From the NCBI RefSeq assembly GCF_006345805.1, contig NC_042998.1:152086001-152150000 (forward strand): a stretch of 64,000 nt of DNA, given 5' to 3'. Shown here in pieces: positions 24,842-37,039 of the stretch. The DNA is from Octopus sinensis. Taxonomy: Eukaryota. The first letter of the stretch is position 1, and each line of letters starts with the position of its first letter. The position numbers and the translations under genes are program-made. A model generated the notes under the pieces. It saw nothing but the letters and a program-made list of their open reading frames with translations. It did no database searches and was not told the DNA's origin.

Positions 24842-26023
24842 CTACTTTTTTCTATGCCTTAGAATTTCATAGGTCTCTATTGAGCAGAGTTGGCAACCAA
24901 CCCTGCTATTTTTATACGGTATTGCTCTCCTAACTATTTCCCAATTAAGATTATAATTCTTGTTATTATTTTTGAGTTCCCAAATCTTACTTGAAAGTGT
25001 GGTGGTACCAGCTTTATGACGTAATCTAAAAGATGAGACGTGATTTCTAACTCTTTTATTAAAATTTATTGTACACCCAATGTAAAAAAATGTGTTATTC
25101 TCAGTAGATATGGTGCATTTATAGATTACGTTATTTTCCCCGCAAAGACCAGGTGCCGGGCATCTTGACTTAATTCTACACTTACACGCAGGAGGAACAA
25201 CTTCAGAAATCGGATTATTCATGGGTAGATGTCCTATGTTCCTATTATTTTGATTATCATGAGTATAATTATTATTATTATTTTTATAGTTGGTGCTGTT
25301 ATCTAAAGCATTGTTATTATTTATTGATCTTTTTGCTCCATCTTTTAGGTCTAAAGTCCTACCATGATTATTTACATTATTAGTAATGTTACTATTATTG
25401 TTAGTATTATTATCAAACTGTATATTGCTGCTATAGATATCACTAATATTTTCCTTCTCCGCGTTTTCTCTATTAGCCTTCCTTCTATTATTAACATTAT
25501 TACTCCTATTAGTATCGGTATAATTATTACTCTTATTACTGCTAATATTATTATTAGTCGTTCTGTGGTTACTGATTCCATCCATGTTTTGATAGTTACT
25601 ATTGTTGCGTTTATTGTTGTTAGTATTGCTATAATTGTTATTGGTATTCATGTTGGTATTATTAGTTTTATTTTCATCTTTCCTGGCTAGTTTAATGTTG
25701 TTATTATTAATCTTAGCTATTAAAATGGACATATTTGGGAGGGTTGAATAAGAAATTCTAACTGTTTTCTTAGAAATAATTCTATGATATCTATGAGAGA
25801 TTGGGAAATTTTTTTCTAGAATTACTTTGAATTTGCTCTGTATATCCGATTGAATCGTACAGTTGAAAGGAATATTCAGCCATATTATATCTTTATTATT
25901 TTTATTTCTATTAAATTTCCTTGAATTAGAATCAGGGTTCGTAGAATTATTATTATTCATCTTATCAAAGTCATTGTACTTACAACTATTATTTGTGTGC
26001 ATCTTTGATTTATCTAATTCCAT
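24842..26023 (-). pseudogene. PLE C-terminal half: post-RT domain, long Asn-rich linker, GIY-YIG (393 aa open)
   Basis: IIWLNIPF...RISYSTLPNM; ~170-aa N-rich linker; CKCRIKSRCPAPGLC..NVIY.C....FYIGCT..FNKRVRNHVSSF...TLSSKIWELK...CQLC. Confidence 0.85.
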
Positions 26024-26313
26024 TTTATCCGAGTTACCTATGCTTTGGTTTTTACTTCTATTTGAATTATTGGGCTTGTACGCTAGATTTGCGGTTACCG
26101 TGAATCTATTTCTACTTCTATTTCGGGCCTGGTCTATATTGCTGCTTAAGTGATTACTGATAACTTCTTTATTAGGAATATGTAAGTTCCCCTTATCAAT
26201 GAATGTAATTTTTTGGTTGTATCCTGCCTTAGTTAACGCCGTATTATAATGCTCAGAATGAGAGTTAATATATCCTTATTTGATGATAATTTTGAAATTC
26301 TTAATGAAATATT

Positions 26314-26431
<118 letters not shown>

Positions 26432-26482
26432 TAGATAGAGAGAGAGAGAGAGAGAGAGGCAGAGACAGACAGACAGACAGAC

Positions 26483-26572
<90 letters not shown>

Positions 26573-26599
26573 AATATATGTATTTATTTATATAAATAG

Positions 26600-26922
26600 A
26601 TTCACACAGCTAAAGTTGTTACTGAATGGCACGAGGAACATTCTAGTGAAGTTGAACATCTTATCTGGCCACCACAGTCCCTACATTTCAATGTTATTGA
26701 GCATTTATGGTGCATTTTCGAAAAACAAGTAAGGAGTCGATATCCTCCACCATCATCACTACAAGAACTAGAGAGTGTTTTAGCTGAAGAATGGACAAAA
26801 ATTCCTTTGAAAACAATTCAAACTTTGTACGAGTCTACAGCTCGTGGAATACAAGCTGTAATTACTTCCAAAGTAATAAATTTGCTTGAAATTTTAAGAT
26901 ATTTCCATTATTTTGTCCAACA

Positions 26923-26926
<4 letters not shown>
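26600..26926 (+). mobile_element. 3' fragment of the same Tc1-like family as 16877-18123
   Basis: Aligns to 17797-18123, including WPPQS...NVIE and the right TIR ending CTG then TA. Confidence 0.9.
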
Positions 26927-26972
<46 letters not shown>

Positions 26973-27600
26973 TAAGTGCGTGTGTTTTCGATGTTTGTAT
27001 TGTATCATAGTTATTAACACCAACACCAAAAACAACGTCGATCTTTTCGTACCCAAGACTAGCATCAAGTGTCCAGCGAAACACTTCTACTCCACTTTGC
27101 CATTCCTGTCAATTCCAAAATCCGCGGAAGTAAAATTTCATTAGACACAGAATTGTGGACGTTCTTCGTCTTAATGTGTGTGGAATACAGGCAAAGTCTT
27201 CAACGTTCAACTATTCACAATTAAATTGACTGCAGCGACATCTCTAGGGATATGGGAGATGACTGCATGCTGACAAAACGAGTTAGTGTTCCGATGGTCG
27301 TGACACTTACACGTGCCGTGCCCGGACATTCCAACGGCGGAGCCGTTACTTGTGCATGCGCAATCATTCATTGTTGCAGACATGCATGCAAACTAAGTTG
27401 TACATGGAAACATGCAGCTAATGCAACTGAGAACAGAAACCATTAAGAGTGGATATATATTTACGCTTATACACACACGTATACAAGAATACAACTGTAT
27501 ACATATGCATGGATACATACATATACATACATATACATACATATATATATGTATATGTATATATGCATATATATATATGTGCATGCAAATATGTACATAT

Positions 27601-27647
<47 letters not shown>

Positions 27648-27762
27648 CACACATGCATACATATATACATGTATATCTCTGTGCATGTCGCTGAGTGCTC
27701 ATATAAGTATAAATGTATGTCTGCACTAAGAATGACGCACATATGCACACATGTATGTGTGC

Positions 27763-27806
<44 letters not shown>

Positions 27807-27807
27807 G

Positions 27808-27841
<34 letters not shown>

Positions 27842-28606
27842 TACATATATATACATATATACACACACACACACATATGTATATATATATTTACAAACAT
27901 ATGAATATATATGTATAAGACACACATATATGTACGTATATATATGTATGTATGTTTGTATGTGTGTGTATGTACATACATGTATTTATGTATAATATCT
28001 ATATTATATTTATCTATTTCTATATATATATACATACATATATATATATATATATATAAGTAAACGCAAAATGTATACACTCAAATACACACACACACAC
28101 ACATACACAAATACAAACATACAGAGAGGGAGAGGGAAAGGGAAAAGAGTGAGCGAGCGAGAGAGAGTGGGGAAGACATCCGCTGTTGCCAATATTCGAG
28201 GAATTATGATGTAATTATTGGTTTCTTGAGGTTGTGCCTCCAGTCGTAAAATTTAAACGCTGTCGGCCATAACAGCACATCACATCCACCATCACCTCCT
28301 CAGTCTTATACGTGACAATATTACAGTAGCTTCACCACCATAACTGCTTCCACCACCACCACTACCACTACCATCACCACCTTACTGCCAGCATTGCCAC
28401 CTTTGTTGTACAGCCGACAGCATTACTACATATTTGTCACTACCACCAACACTAACACAATCTCCAACATCACTTATTTCGCCGCCACCACCACCACAAC
28501 TCCCATCTCTACCGCCAACATTAACGCTACCCCACCACTATCTCCAACACGGTGAAAGCACCACCTCTATCACTATCATCACCACTGCCGCCTCTAACAG
28601 GAAAAG

Positions 28607-28823
28607 ACGGTGTCTGACAGAATCTTTAGCACGCCGCGCAAAATGTTTAGCGGCATTTCATCCGTCTTTACGATCTGAGTTCAAACTCCGCCGAGGTCGA
28701 TTTTGCCGTTATCCTTTTGCGGTCGATAAAATAATTACCAGTTGAGCACTGGAGTTTAATCTAATCGACTTGGACACTCCCCCAAAATTGCTGGCCTTGT
28801 GTCGAAATTTGAAACCAATATTA
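28607..28823 (+). mobile_element. tRNA-derived SINE (family B)
   Basis: B-box-like GAGTTCAAACTCC followed by GCCGAGGTCGA; second copy at 718-925. Confidence 0.7.
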
Positions 28824-29125
28824 CATCACAGTCACCGCCGCCATCACTTTCACCGCCACTCCTACTTCCATTACTGTTGTTGCTATATCTTCACCACTTC
28901 CAACACCTACCCTAAAATGGTCACCCAACAACCCAACCACCTCACCCAGAATCTGCTGCAAATCCGGCAAACTCTCAAAGTTACGATAGACCTCACTCGG
29001 ATTTCGTGCCTAACTGCGTCGTGCTTGCCTTAGTTACCAATGTCAATACTTATGTTAGAATAAGTGTGTACGTATAGAGCTGGATGTATTTGTGTATACA
29101 TGTATATACACACACACACATACAC

Positions 29126-29161
<36 letters not shown>

Positions 29162-29376
29162 CAAAACTAGCTATTTCTCTACCATAAGAAAATCTCCCAG
29201 ACATACGCAACAACTCACGCCGGCAAAGAGAAAAAAATAACGAATTCACCCGGCTGTGATTAACTCTAGACGCGTTTCGGAATTAGATAGATGTGAAAAA
29301 TGCAAAAACCACATTTCCACTCCATCATTCTCACCCTTCAGTACAGTATTTCAAGGGATAGTAATAATGGTAGTAA

Positions 29377-29436
<60 letters not shown>

Positions 29437-29934
29437 CAGTAGTAGTAGTAGTAGTGATGGTGGTGGTGGTGGTGCTGGCAGTGGTGGTGGTGGTGCGGGT
29501 GGAAGTAGTAGTAGTGGGGTTGATGATGGTTGTAGTTGTAGTGGTAGTGAGGAAGATAACCTTAGAAGGGCCAACAACATGAATAGAAAACTAGAATGGA
29601 ACACTAGCACACATACCCTACACACCACAACCTATGACAGAATAAGATCCTCATAAACTGATAATAAAATAATATGAATATAATACAATACACACATAAA
29701 TAAATGGAATTAAATAACTATATAGATAAACAAAATAAATTAAATTAATACCAAAAGAGAGAAAAGAAAAAGTAAGTAGATATAAACAAATGAATAAAGT
29801 AAATAAAAGTAAATTAAACGAGCTTTTATAAACAGGGGATACTGATGATGCAGGTACATACCCCCACATACACATTTACTAAACATAGACGCACACATGG
29901 ATATACGCATGCGCAAATAAAGACACATACAATA

Positions 29935-30232
29935 GGAATACAAGATGGCAGATCGTTAGTAAGGAGAGACATACTAAAAGAAAGAAGAAAGCAAAGGACC
30001 ATTGATGAGGTCACAGAAGTGTGACGAAAGAACTCTGGCCGAAATCTAAGGCTCAGTTTAGCAAAGAGAGTCAAACGGAGAAAATCCTGGTTTTACAACA
30101 TCAAGGACTGGACAGGTCACAACACAAGGAACCTGCTATGCATGACACAGTACAGAGTCAAGTGGTGACAGCTAACTATGAAAGTATCTAGAGTGGCACC
30201 CCAATGACTGGCTGCATCAGTTAAGAGATCTC
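29935..30232 (+). mobile_element. 3' end of an RTE-like LINE with (ATGT)n tail
   Basis: RVKRRKSWFYNIKDWTG resembles the RTE C-terminus; followed directly by (ATGT)n at 30233-30345. Confidence 0.6.
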
Positions 30233-30349
30233 GATGTATGTATGTATGCATGTATGTATGTATGTATGTATGTATGCATGTATGTATGTATGTATGTATG
30301 TATGTATGTATGTATGTATGTATGTATGTATGCATGTATGTATGTTTGT

Positions 30350-30475
30350 ACTTTTCAGATCACCCTTAATGCTACTGGTAATATGTTGCATGTTCGGCCT
30401 ATCAGTCACCAAACCGGGAACCTTACCAAGCCTGCTTGGTAAAGAGGGTGTTTTTCCTTGGACACTGACGGAGGA
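30350..30475 (+). repeat. Fragment of the same element that starts at ~63640 (probable LINE 5' UTR)
   Basis: GCTACTGGTAA...AAACCGG..ACC..ACCAAGC.TGCTTGGT.A.GAGGGTGTTT shared with 63655-63760; both follow (ATGT)n. Confidence 0.65.
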
Positions 30476-31034
30476 GAAATAAAATGAAAAGAAAATGAAA
30501 GAATGAGCTCAGTAGCGTCAACTGCCATCCAACAGCTGGGAGAGAACGGCCCCAGGTATTTGTTTAGATATCTCTGTAAGAGAAGATAAATCTGACGTAA
30601 CACCTGCGACTTTACATTTAATGATGTAGACTGATTCTTCTTAGAGTGCAAATACATTCGTTGTTCAAAGAGTGAGATTTCGCCCGGTGCAAGGCCTTCC
30701 CTCCCTTTAAAATGCTTCAGGCACTGGAATCGCTTGATTTTCTTAACCACTCTATTATGTGTTGCACACTATGGCTAGGATTAACCATGAAAAATAAGAT
30801 ATTCAATGTGTGTGTGTGTGTGTACTATCTACGTATGTATGTATGTATGTGGTCTGATTAATAAGTATCCGAACTGTTGATATAGTAACGAAGTTAAAGC
30901 ACGGAGACATGTTCCTTCTAAGCACTGCCGTAAACAGTGGAAGTGAGCTAGAACGTTAACATGATGTACGCATGCACAGCAAAGTTCAAGGACAATCTGT
31001 GCCGAGCGGCCTCACTCTGTATGCTTTAGCTTCA

Positions 31035-31182
31035 TTACTATAGCAACAGTCCCGATTCTTAGTATGTACGTATGGGTGGCTGGACAGTTACTATAGCAAC
31101 AGTCCCGATTCTTAGTATGTACGTATGGGTGGCTGGACAGTTACTATAGCAACAGTCCCGATACATAGTATGTACGTATTGG
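31035..31182. repeat. 53-bp tandem minisatellite (~2.8 units)
   Basis: TTACTATAGCAACAGTCCCGA... starts at 31035, 31088 and 31141. Confidence 0.9.
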
Positions 31183-32096
31183 ATGGATGGATGGATGGAT
31201 CGATCGATCGATCGATCGATTGATGGACGGACGGACGGGGGATGGATGATGGATGGAGGGATGGATGTGTATGTATATGTATGTGTGTGTATGTGGCTTA
31301 TTGAAACTGAATTTGTAATAACTATCATTTACAATTAGCCATAACAGAACGTTTACTGATGCTGGGACTCTATACTGAGATTAGTGTCAAGTTTATTGTT
31401 AAAGATCAAGTTGATTGGGACTTCGAAGTTCAGCTATCGATTTGTTCATCCAGTGAAAAAACGATTCCTTTCTGGCGTTGTTGTATAGGCAAAAAAGTTT
31501 CATTGAAATATAGGAATGTTCTGTCATATTCCTTTGATGAAGTTGTTTGGAATAAAAGTAGAAGTAAGACTTTCTTGTTTGGTATTTTTCGATGAAATAA
31601 CGACTACTTGAGTTTTGTTGGTATTCTTAACTTTTAAAATAAAATCTTATTTTAACATTTGCATTAGCTCCAAAACAAACACCCATTAGCCACTATTTAC
31701 ATCAATTGAGATTATTAGGTCTGTTATGTTTCCTTTTATTGAATTGTTGACAGAACCACTCAACTCATATGTTTTCATATTATGAATGGGTTATCGCCTT
31801 CACATCTTTATAACGTCTCACGATTATCATTTTGACAGGGTGGAGATACATGGCTTAGAGGTTAGGTGTCATATAAGGATCACGGGAAAAAGTTTATCGT
31901 AACCACCCTATCACCAGCCAATGGACAACTCAGCTACTGTCTTGCAATATGAGGGGAGATAATCATAAGATATTGTCATTGGAAGAATAAAATGTTGTAT
32001 TCTTTAACGTAGAGCAGCTGTCTTCTTATAGGCACTCAAACTCCCTCTCATTTCGCGTTCTCCCTCGCTCAGTCTCTCTCTTTCTCTTTCTCTCCC

Positions 32097-32131
<35 letters not shown>

Positions 32132-32750
32132 GTTTTAATCAACCACTCTCATTGTCTGTATATCTGTCTCCCTCTTTCTCTCTTTCTCTCTCTCTCACTT
32201 TCTGTCTCTTATACACTCACATCACCAACCCGTCACTTTCTTTACTTTATCTTTCACTTTTCAACTGTCTTTGTTACAAACACACACACACACACACACG
32301 CACACACATTCAGACACATATACATTCAGACAGACAAACACACACACACACACACAGAAGCACGCGCACGCATGTTAGCACATTCATGTACGCACACTCA
32401 CAGAAACACGCACGTGCGTACAGTCACACTCACACACACATACAAAGACTCAAAAACCATTAACAGGTTAGAAGTGGGAGCTATATCGGACAGCGTACTA
32501 CTTCCGACAGTAGCGACGCTATCAATGCGGAATCAGTTGATCAAACTGTTATTTCCGGTTATTATGGCGGCAGTCGCCATCTTTTGTTCCATCGCCAAAA
32601 GTTTTTACTTTGTTCACCAACACATATTGATTGGCTTGCGATCAGCGTGGGAGTGTTAAAGCTTTCATTTATAAGTCGCCACCTTGTATGTATGTATGTA
32701 TGTATGTATGTATGTATGTATGTATGTATGTATGTATGTATGTATGTATG

Positions 32751-32788
<38 letters not shown>

Positions 32789-33734
32789 TACATGCATGCT
32801 AGCATACATACATGCATACATAAATACGCCTATGCATGTATGTACTTTGCATCTATATATATCTCTATCTATGTATGTATATATGTATGCATGTATGTAT
32901 ATATGTGTGTAAATTTTTTACAGTGATATTTCTAATTTCTTCCAATGACCGAGATGGGTGGTGTTTAACTAAAATTTATGTTAAAGAGTTTCATTTCTTT
33001 ACAATTTCTAGCCAATGGTGGTCTGTGTCTTTAGTGGTAATTTTCGTTTTAAAAGTAAAGGATTTCCTTCGAACTCCTGTTCCTGTTCAAGTTTGAAGAA
33101 GAAAACTGAACAAAACCTCGGACATAATAGGTGGTGTTGTTTTTGCTGTTGTTGTTGTTGCTTTTGCTGTTGTTGTCATGTTTGTTGTTGTTGTTCTTGG
33201 TTTTGTTGTTAGCTCAAACACAACACTTACCGTGCAAGCCTATGATCAAATGCGTTCCAACCGTGAAAACTCTGTCTTTTGTATATTTAAATCTGCATCT
33301 TCCATTCTGTCTACCTTTTAAGACATTAAGGTGTGATTTGAAGGAGCTTTAGATGCTGTTTCTGCCAGTACGAGAAGCCAAGTACAGCTTTTTTCATTAG
33401 CTCGTCCAAGATGATGTATCAATGTAATAACCTCCAATTATATTCTAAGGTTGTTTCAGTCAGTAATAGGTCTTTCTTACTAACCTCTTGCTGATATCTA
33501 TCTATCAATCCATCTATCTTTCTATCTATCTATCTGTCTATCTATCTATCTATTTATCTATCTATCTATTTACCTACCTACCTACCTACCTACCTACCTG
33601 CCTACCTACCTACCTACCTACCTACCTACCTACCTACCTACCTAACTACCTACCTACCTACCTAACTACCTACCTACCTACCTACCTACCTACCTACCTA
33701 CCTAACTGTTTATCTCTCATCTATGTTTGTTGCC

Positions 33735-34945
33735 GCAAGGCTTCCACTTCACACGCCAACTTAACTTAACGTGTCCTTTTAGTCGAAAGAAACCTGTTGT
33801 TATTTTTGCTGTTTGTATTTGTAATCGTGTAACATTTTCTCCGTTTTCTCGTTTTTTTTCTGTCTGTGTTGCCGCACATGGTCACTTTCTTCCTTTAGCT
33901 TAGATTTTTGGAGCCTACCAATTTTGAACAGTCTCAAGCGTAACAAGCCGGAAGTGTAGTGATTATTGACAGCTTAAAGCCAAAAATGTTTCGTCCTGTC
34001 CGTCTTTGTATCGTCCACCTGTCCGTATGTCTTTATTGTCGTCCATTACGTCCTTCTTCGGTTTTTTTTTATATTTATATATACATATAGCGGTGTACGC
34101 ACACTTTTTACTCAGCTTGTAAGCATATATCTAAATTCTGTACGACTTTCTTGTTTCTTTTCTTTTACTCGCTCACCCTCTCTCACTTTCTTGGCATTCT
34201 CTTTCTTTCCATTTTCCTTGTCTTGCTCCCTCTCTCTCTCTCTCACATTACTTGGCATTCTTTTTCTTTAATCTCTCTACTTTCCTGTTATCTCTCTTGT
34301 CCTTTTCCCTCTGTTCCTCTCTCTTGTTCTCTCTCTCTCGCTCTCTATCTCTCTCTATCTCTTTTCTCTCTATCTCTTTTCTCTCTCTCTCTATCTATCT
34401 CTAGTTCCTTCCCTAATTCTTCAATCCCTCTGCTCTCTACCTCTCTCTGTTTCTTCCACGTGATCGGTGGTCAGCCAAGCATGATCCTTCTTTCTTGGCC
34501 TGACCGCCACTCGCACGATAACTTATTTTCCTGTCTCCTGACATTCATCTATGATTGTAGCTGCAAGGCTTCCACTTCTCATGCCAGCTTAACTTTAACT
34601 TGTCCTTTCAGTCAAAAGACACCTCTTGTTATTCCTGTTTGTATTCCTTGTTTGTAATGTTGTTATTCTTGTTTGTAATCGTGTAACATTTTCTCCGCTT
34701 TCTCGTTTTTTTCTATCCGTGTTCTCGCACATATTCGCTTGATTTCTTCCAAAAATTTAATGCCCTTACCTTAGATTTTTGGGGCCTACCAAATTTCAAC
34801 AGTCTCAAGTGTAACAGGCCGAAACTATAATGACGATTGGAAATTTGACTGATGAATATAAAGCTACGAATGTCTCCGTCCTGGTTTTCCTGTTCGTCTT
34901 TGTATCGTCCATCTGTCCGTATATTTTTATAGTCGTCGTTACGTT
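33735..34945. repeat. Two diverged direct copies of a ~350-bp dispersed repeat (33735-34075 and 34562-34945)
   Basis: Shared GCAAGGCTTCCACTTC, TTGTAATCGTGTAACATTTTCTCCG, AACAGTCTCAAG, GTCTTTGTATCGTCCA. Confidence 0.8.
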
Positions 34946-34961
34946 CTTGCTCCGTTCTTTT

Positions 34962-35048
<87 letters not shown>

Positions 35049-35801
35049 ATATATATATATATATATATATTGTATATACATACATACATACGTACATACA
35101 TACATACATACATACATACATACATACATACATACATACATACATACATACATACATACATACATACATCATCATATATGAATGCATACATATATATATG
35201 CTCACATATACAATGAAAGAGTCCACATGACAGACAAAAAATTGTAGGTCTCCTAATTTTAAAATTGCCTACAAGACGACATCAGTTTAGTACATCAGAT
35301 CAATGGAACTGTCGATAGTTTTACAGTGAGCCCCTACCTGCTGGTATGTGTTGCCTAGTGGTATCTTGGTAGACTTGGGTTATTGAGAGTTAAGTGGACT
35401 GTTGTCGTCAGCACGGGCATGAAAAATCGATCTCTATATTGTTTGTTTGTTTGTTTGTTGGTTGGTTGGTTCGTTCGTTCGTTCGTTCACTGTTCTGGTG
35501 TACTGTAGCCAATTGACTTATAAGTGAGTGATCTATATGAAAGTAATGGTTGTTATCCGTTTCACATAAATCATGCGCTACCAGCTGTTAACTTCGTTTC
35601 TCTAACGATTTGGCCAAGCATCATATACAAACAGGCGCGCCCACGCTTATATATATGTGTGTGTGTATATATATTACACACACACACATATATATATATA
35701 CATATGTATATATATGTGTATGTATGTATATGAATGCATATATATATATGTATATATATAATATATTTATGTATGTATGAATGTATATATGTATATACAT
35801 A

Positions 35802-35888
<87 letters not shown>

Positions 35889-35999
35889 TGTATGTATGTA
35901 TATATGAATGCATGTATATATAATGTATATATATATATATGTGTGTGTGTGTGCATGAATGTATATATGTATGCATGTATGTAAGTATCTATGTATATA

Positions 36000-36055
<56 letters not shown>

Positions 36056-36072
36056 ATATATATAATATTATA

Positions 36073-36571
36073 TATCTGTAAATGTAATATGTGACAATTA
36101 TTCGGTAGCCTAAAAGCATGCATTCATCCACCCTCACTTGAAAACGTACACATCCTCACTCGTGTGTGTGGGGGGTGTATGTATATACTTATACATTTGA
36201 CGAGTGGTACGAGCGAGGATGTGTACATTTTAAAGTGAGGGTGGATGAATGTATACTTTTAGGCGCATCCATGTGTGTGTGCGGACGCGCATGAGTAGGT
36301 ATGAACATGTGCGCTTACGCGAATACTATGAACTTTTTTACCCCCTTACTTTTACTCCCTCTCCTCACTTAGTGGTCGTTCAAATAGGTCTTTTGTCTTA
36401 ATAACGGTCAACCACACAGTAATTTTCCTTTGTATAACGGTCAATTTTCATAGCATTTTTCCGATGGCCGGATAACTTAAGAGATGGCGGCGTGGATTTC
36501 CACCTCGGCATCTGAAACTCGGAGTTTTATCATGGCTACCGAATAACTGTCACATATTACATTTGCAGATA
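36073..36571. mobile_element. MITE-like element with 38-bp TIRs and an internal ~55-bp inverted repeat
   Basis: 36073-36110 vs 36534-36571 (2 mismatches); internal arms 36109-36163 vs 36209-36263. Confidence 0.7.
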
Positions 36572-36633
36572 AATTCCTCTCTTTACAAAATATCGAGGTC
36601 TTTTTCTTTCTTTTGTTGTCTTATCACTTTTAT

Positions 36634-36683
<50 letters not shown>

Positions 36684-36780
36684 TAATAAATGTAACGAAA
36701 TGTTAGCACTAAACAGTGTTCAGGCATAAGTAAAATTTAGATTAGTTAAAATATGTTTGTGACATATTTTAACTGCTAAA

Positions 36781-36971
36781 AGGCAAATACACTGCCGTTA
36801 CTGTGGAGAAAATATCTCTCTTATGGTACATCCCATTGACAAGACTCAATAAACTTGAAACATCGATATCTGGGATTCCTGAGAGATGGCAACACTGAAC
36901 AAACCGGGTGTTTTCACAACTTTTACCATAAGAGAAATAATTTCTCCACAGTAACTGCGATGCATTTGCCT
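36781..36971. mobile_element. ~190-bp fold-back/MITE with ~49-bp inverted arms
   Basis: AGGCAAATACACTGCCGTTACTGTGGAGAAAATATCTCTCTTATGGTA vs TACCATAAGAGAAATAATTTCTCCACAGTAACTGCGATGCATTTGCCT. Confidence 0.65.
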
Positions 36972-37039
36972 TATAGCATTTGAAATGTCACAAAAAATAT
37001 TTTAAGTAACCTAAATTTTGCTTTTACATATATATATAT

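Noticed and set aside
27040-27430. Unique-looking CpG-containing island with CACGTG and TGCATGCGCA motifs
   Set aside because: No open exon with consistent splice sites; short motifs alone are not evidence of function.
34770-34870. GGCCT...AGGCC-GAAA-CTATAA and a nearby CTGATGA in the 350-bp repeat
   Set aside because: The core elements are in the wrong order or mutated, and are not preserved in the other copy.
35300-35350. Possible 45-nt exon (INGTVDSFTVSPYLL) ending at CTG/GTATGT
   Set aside because: Weak acceptor without a polypyrimidine tract; too short to support without RNA data.
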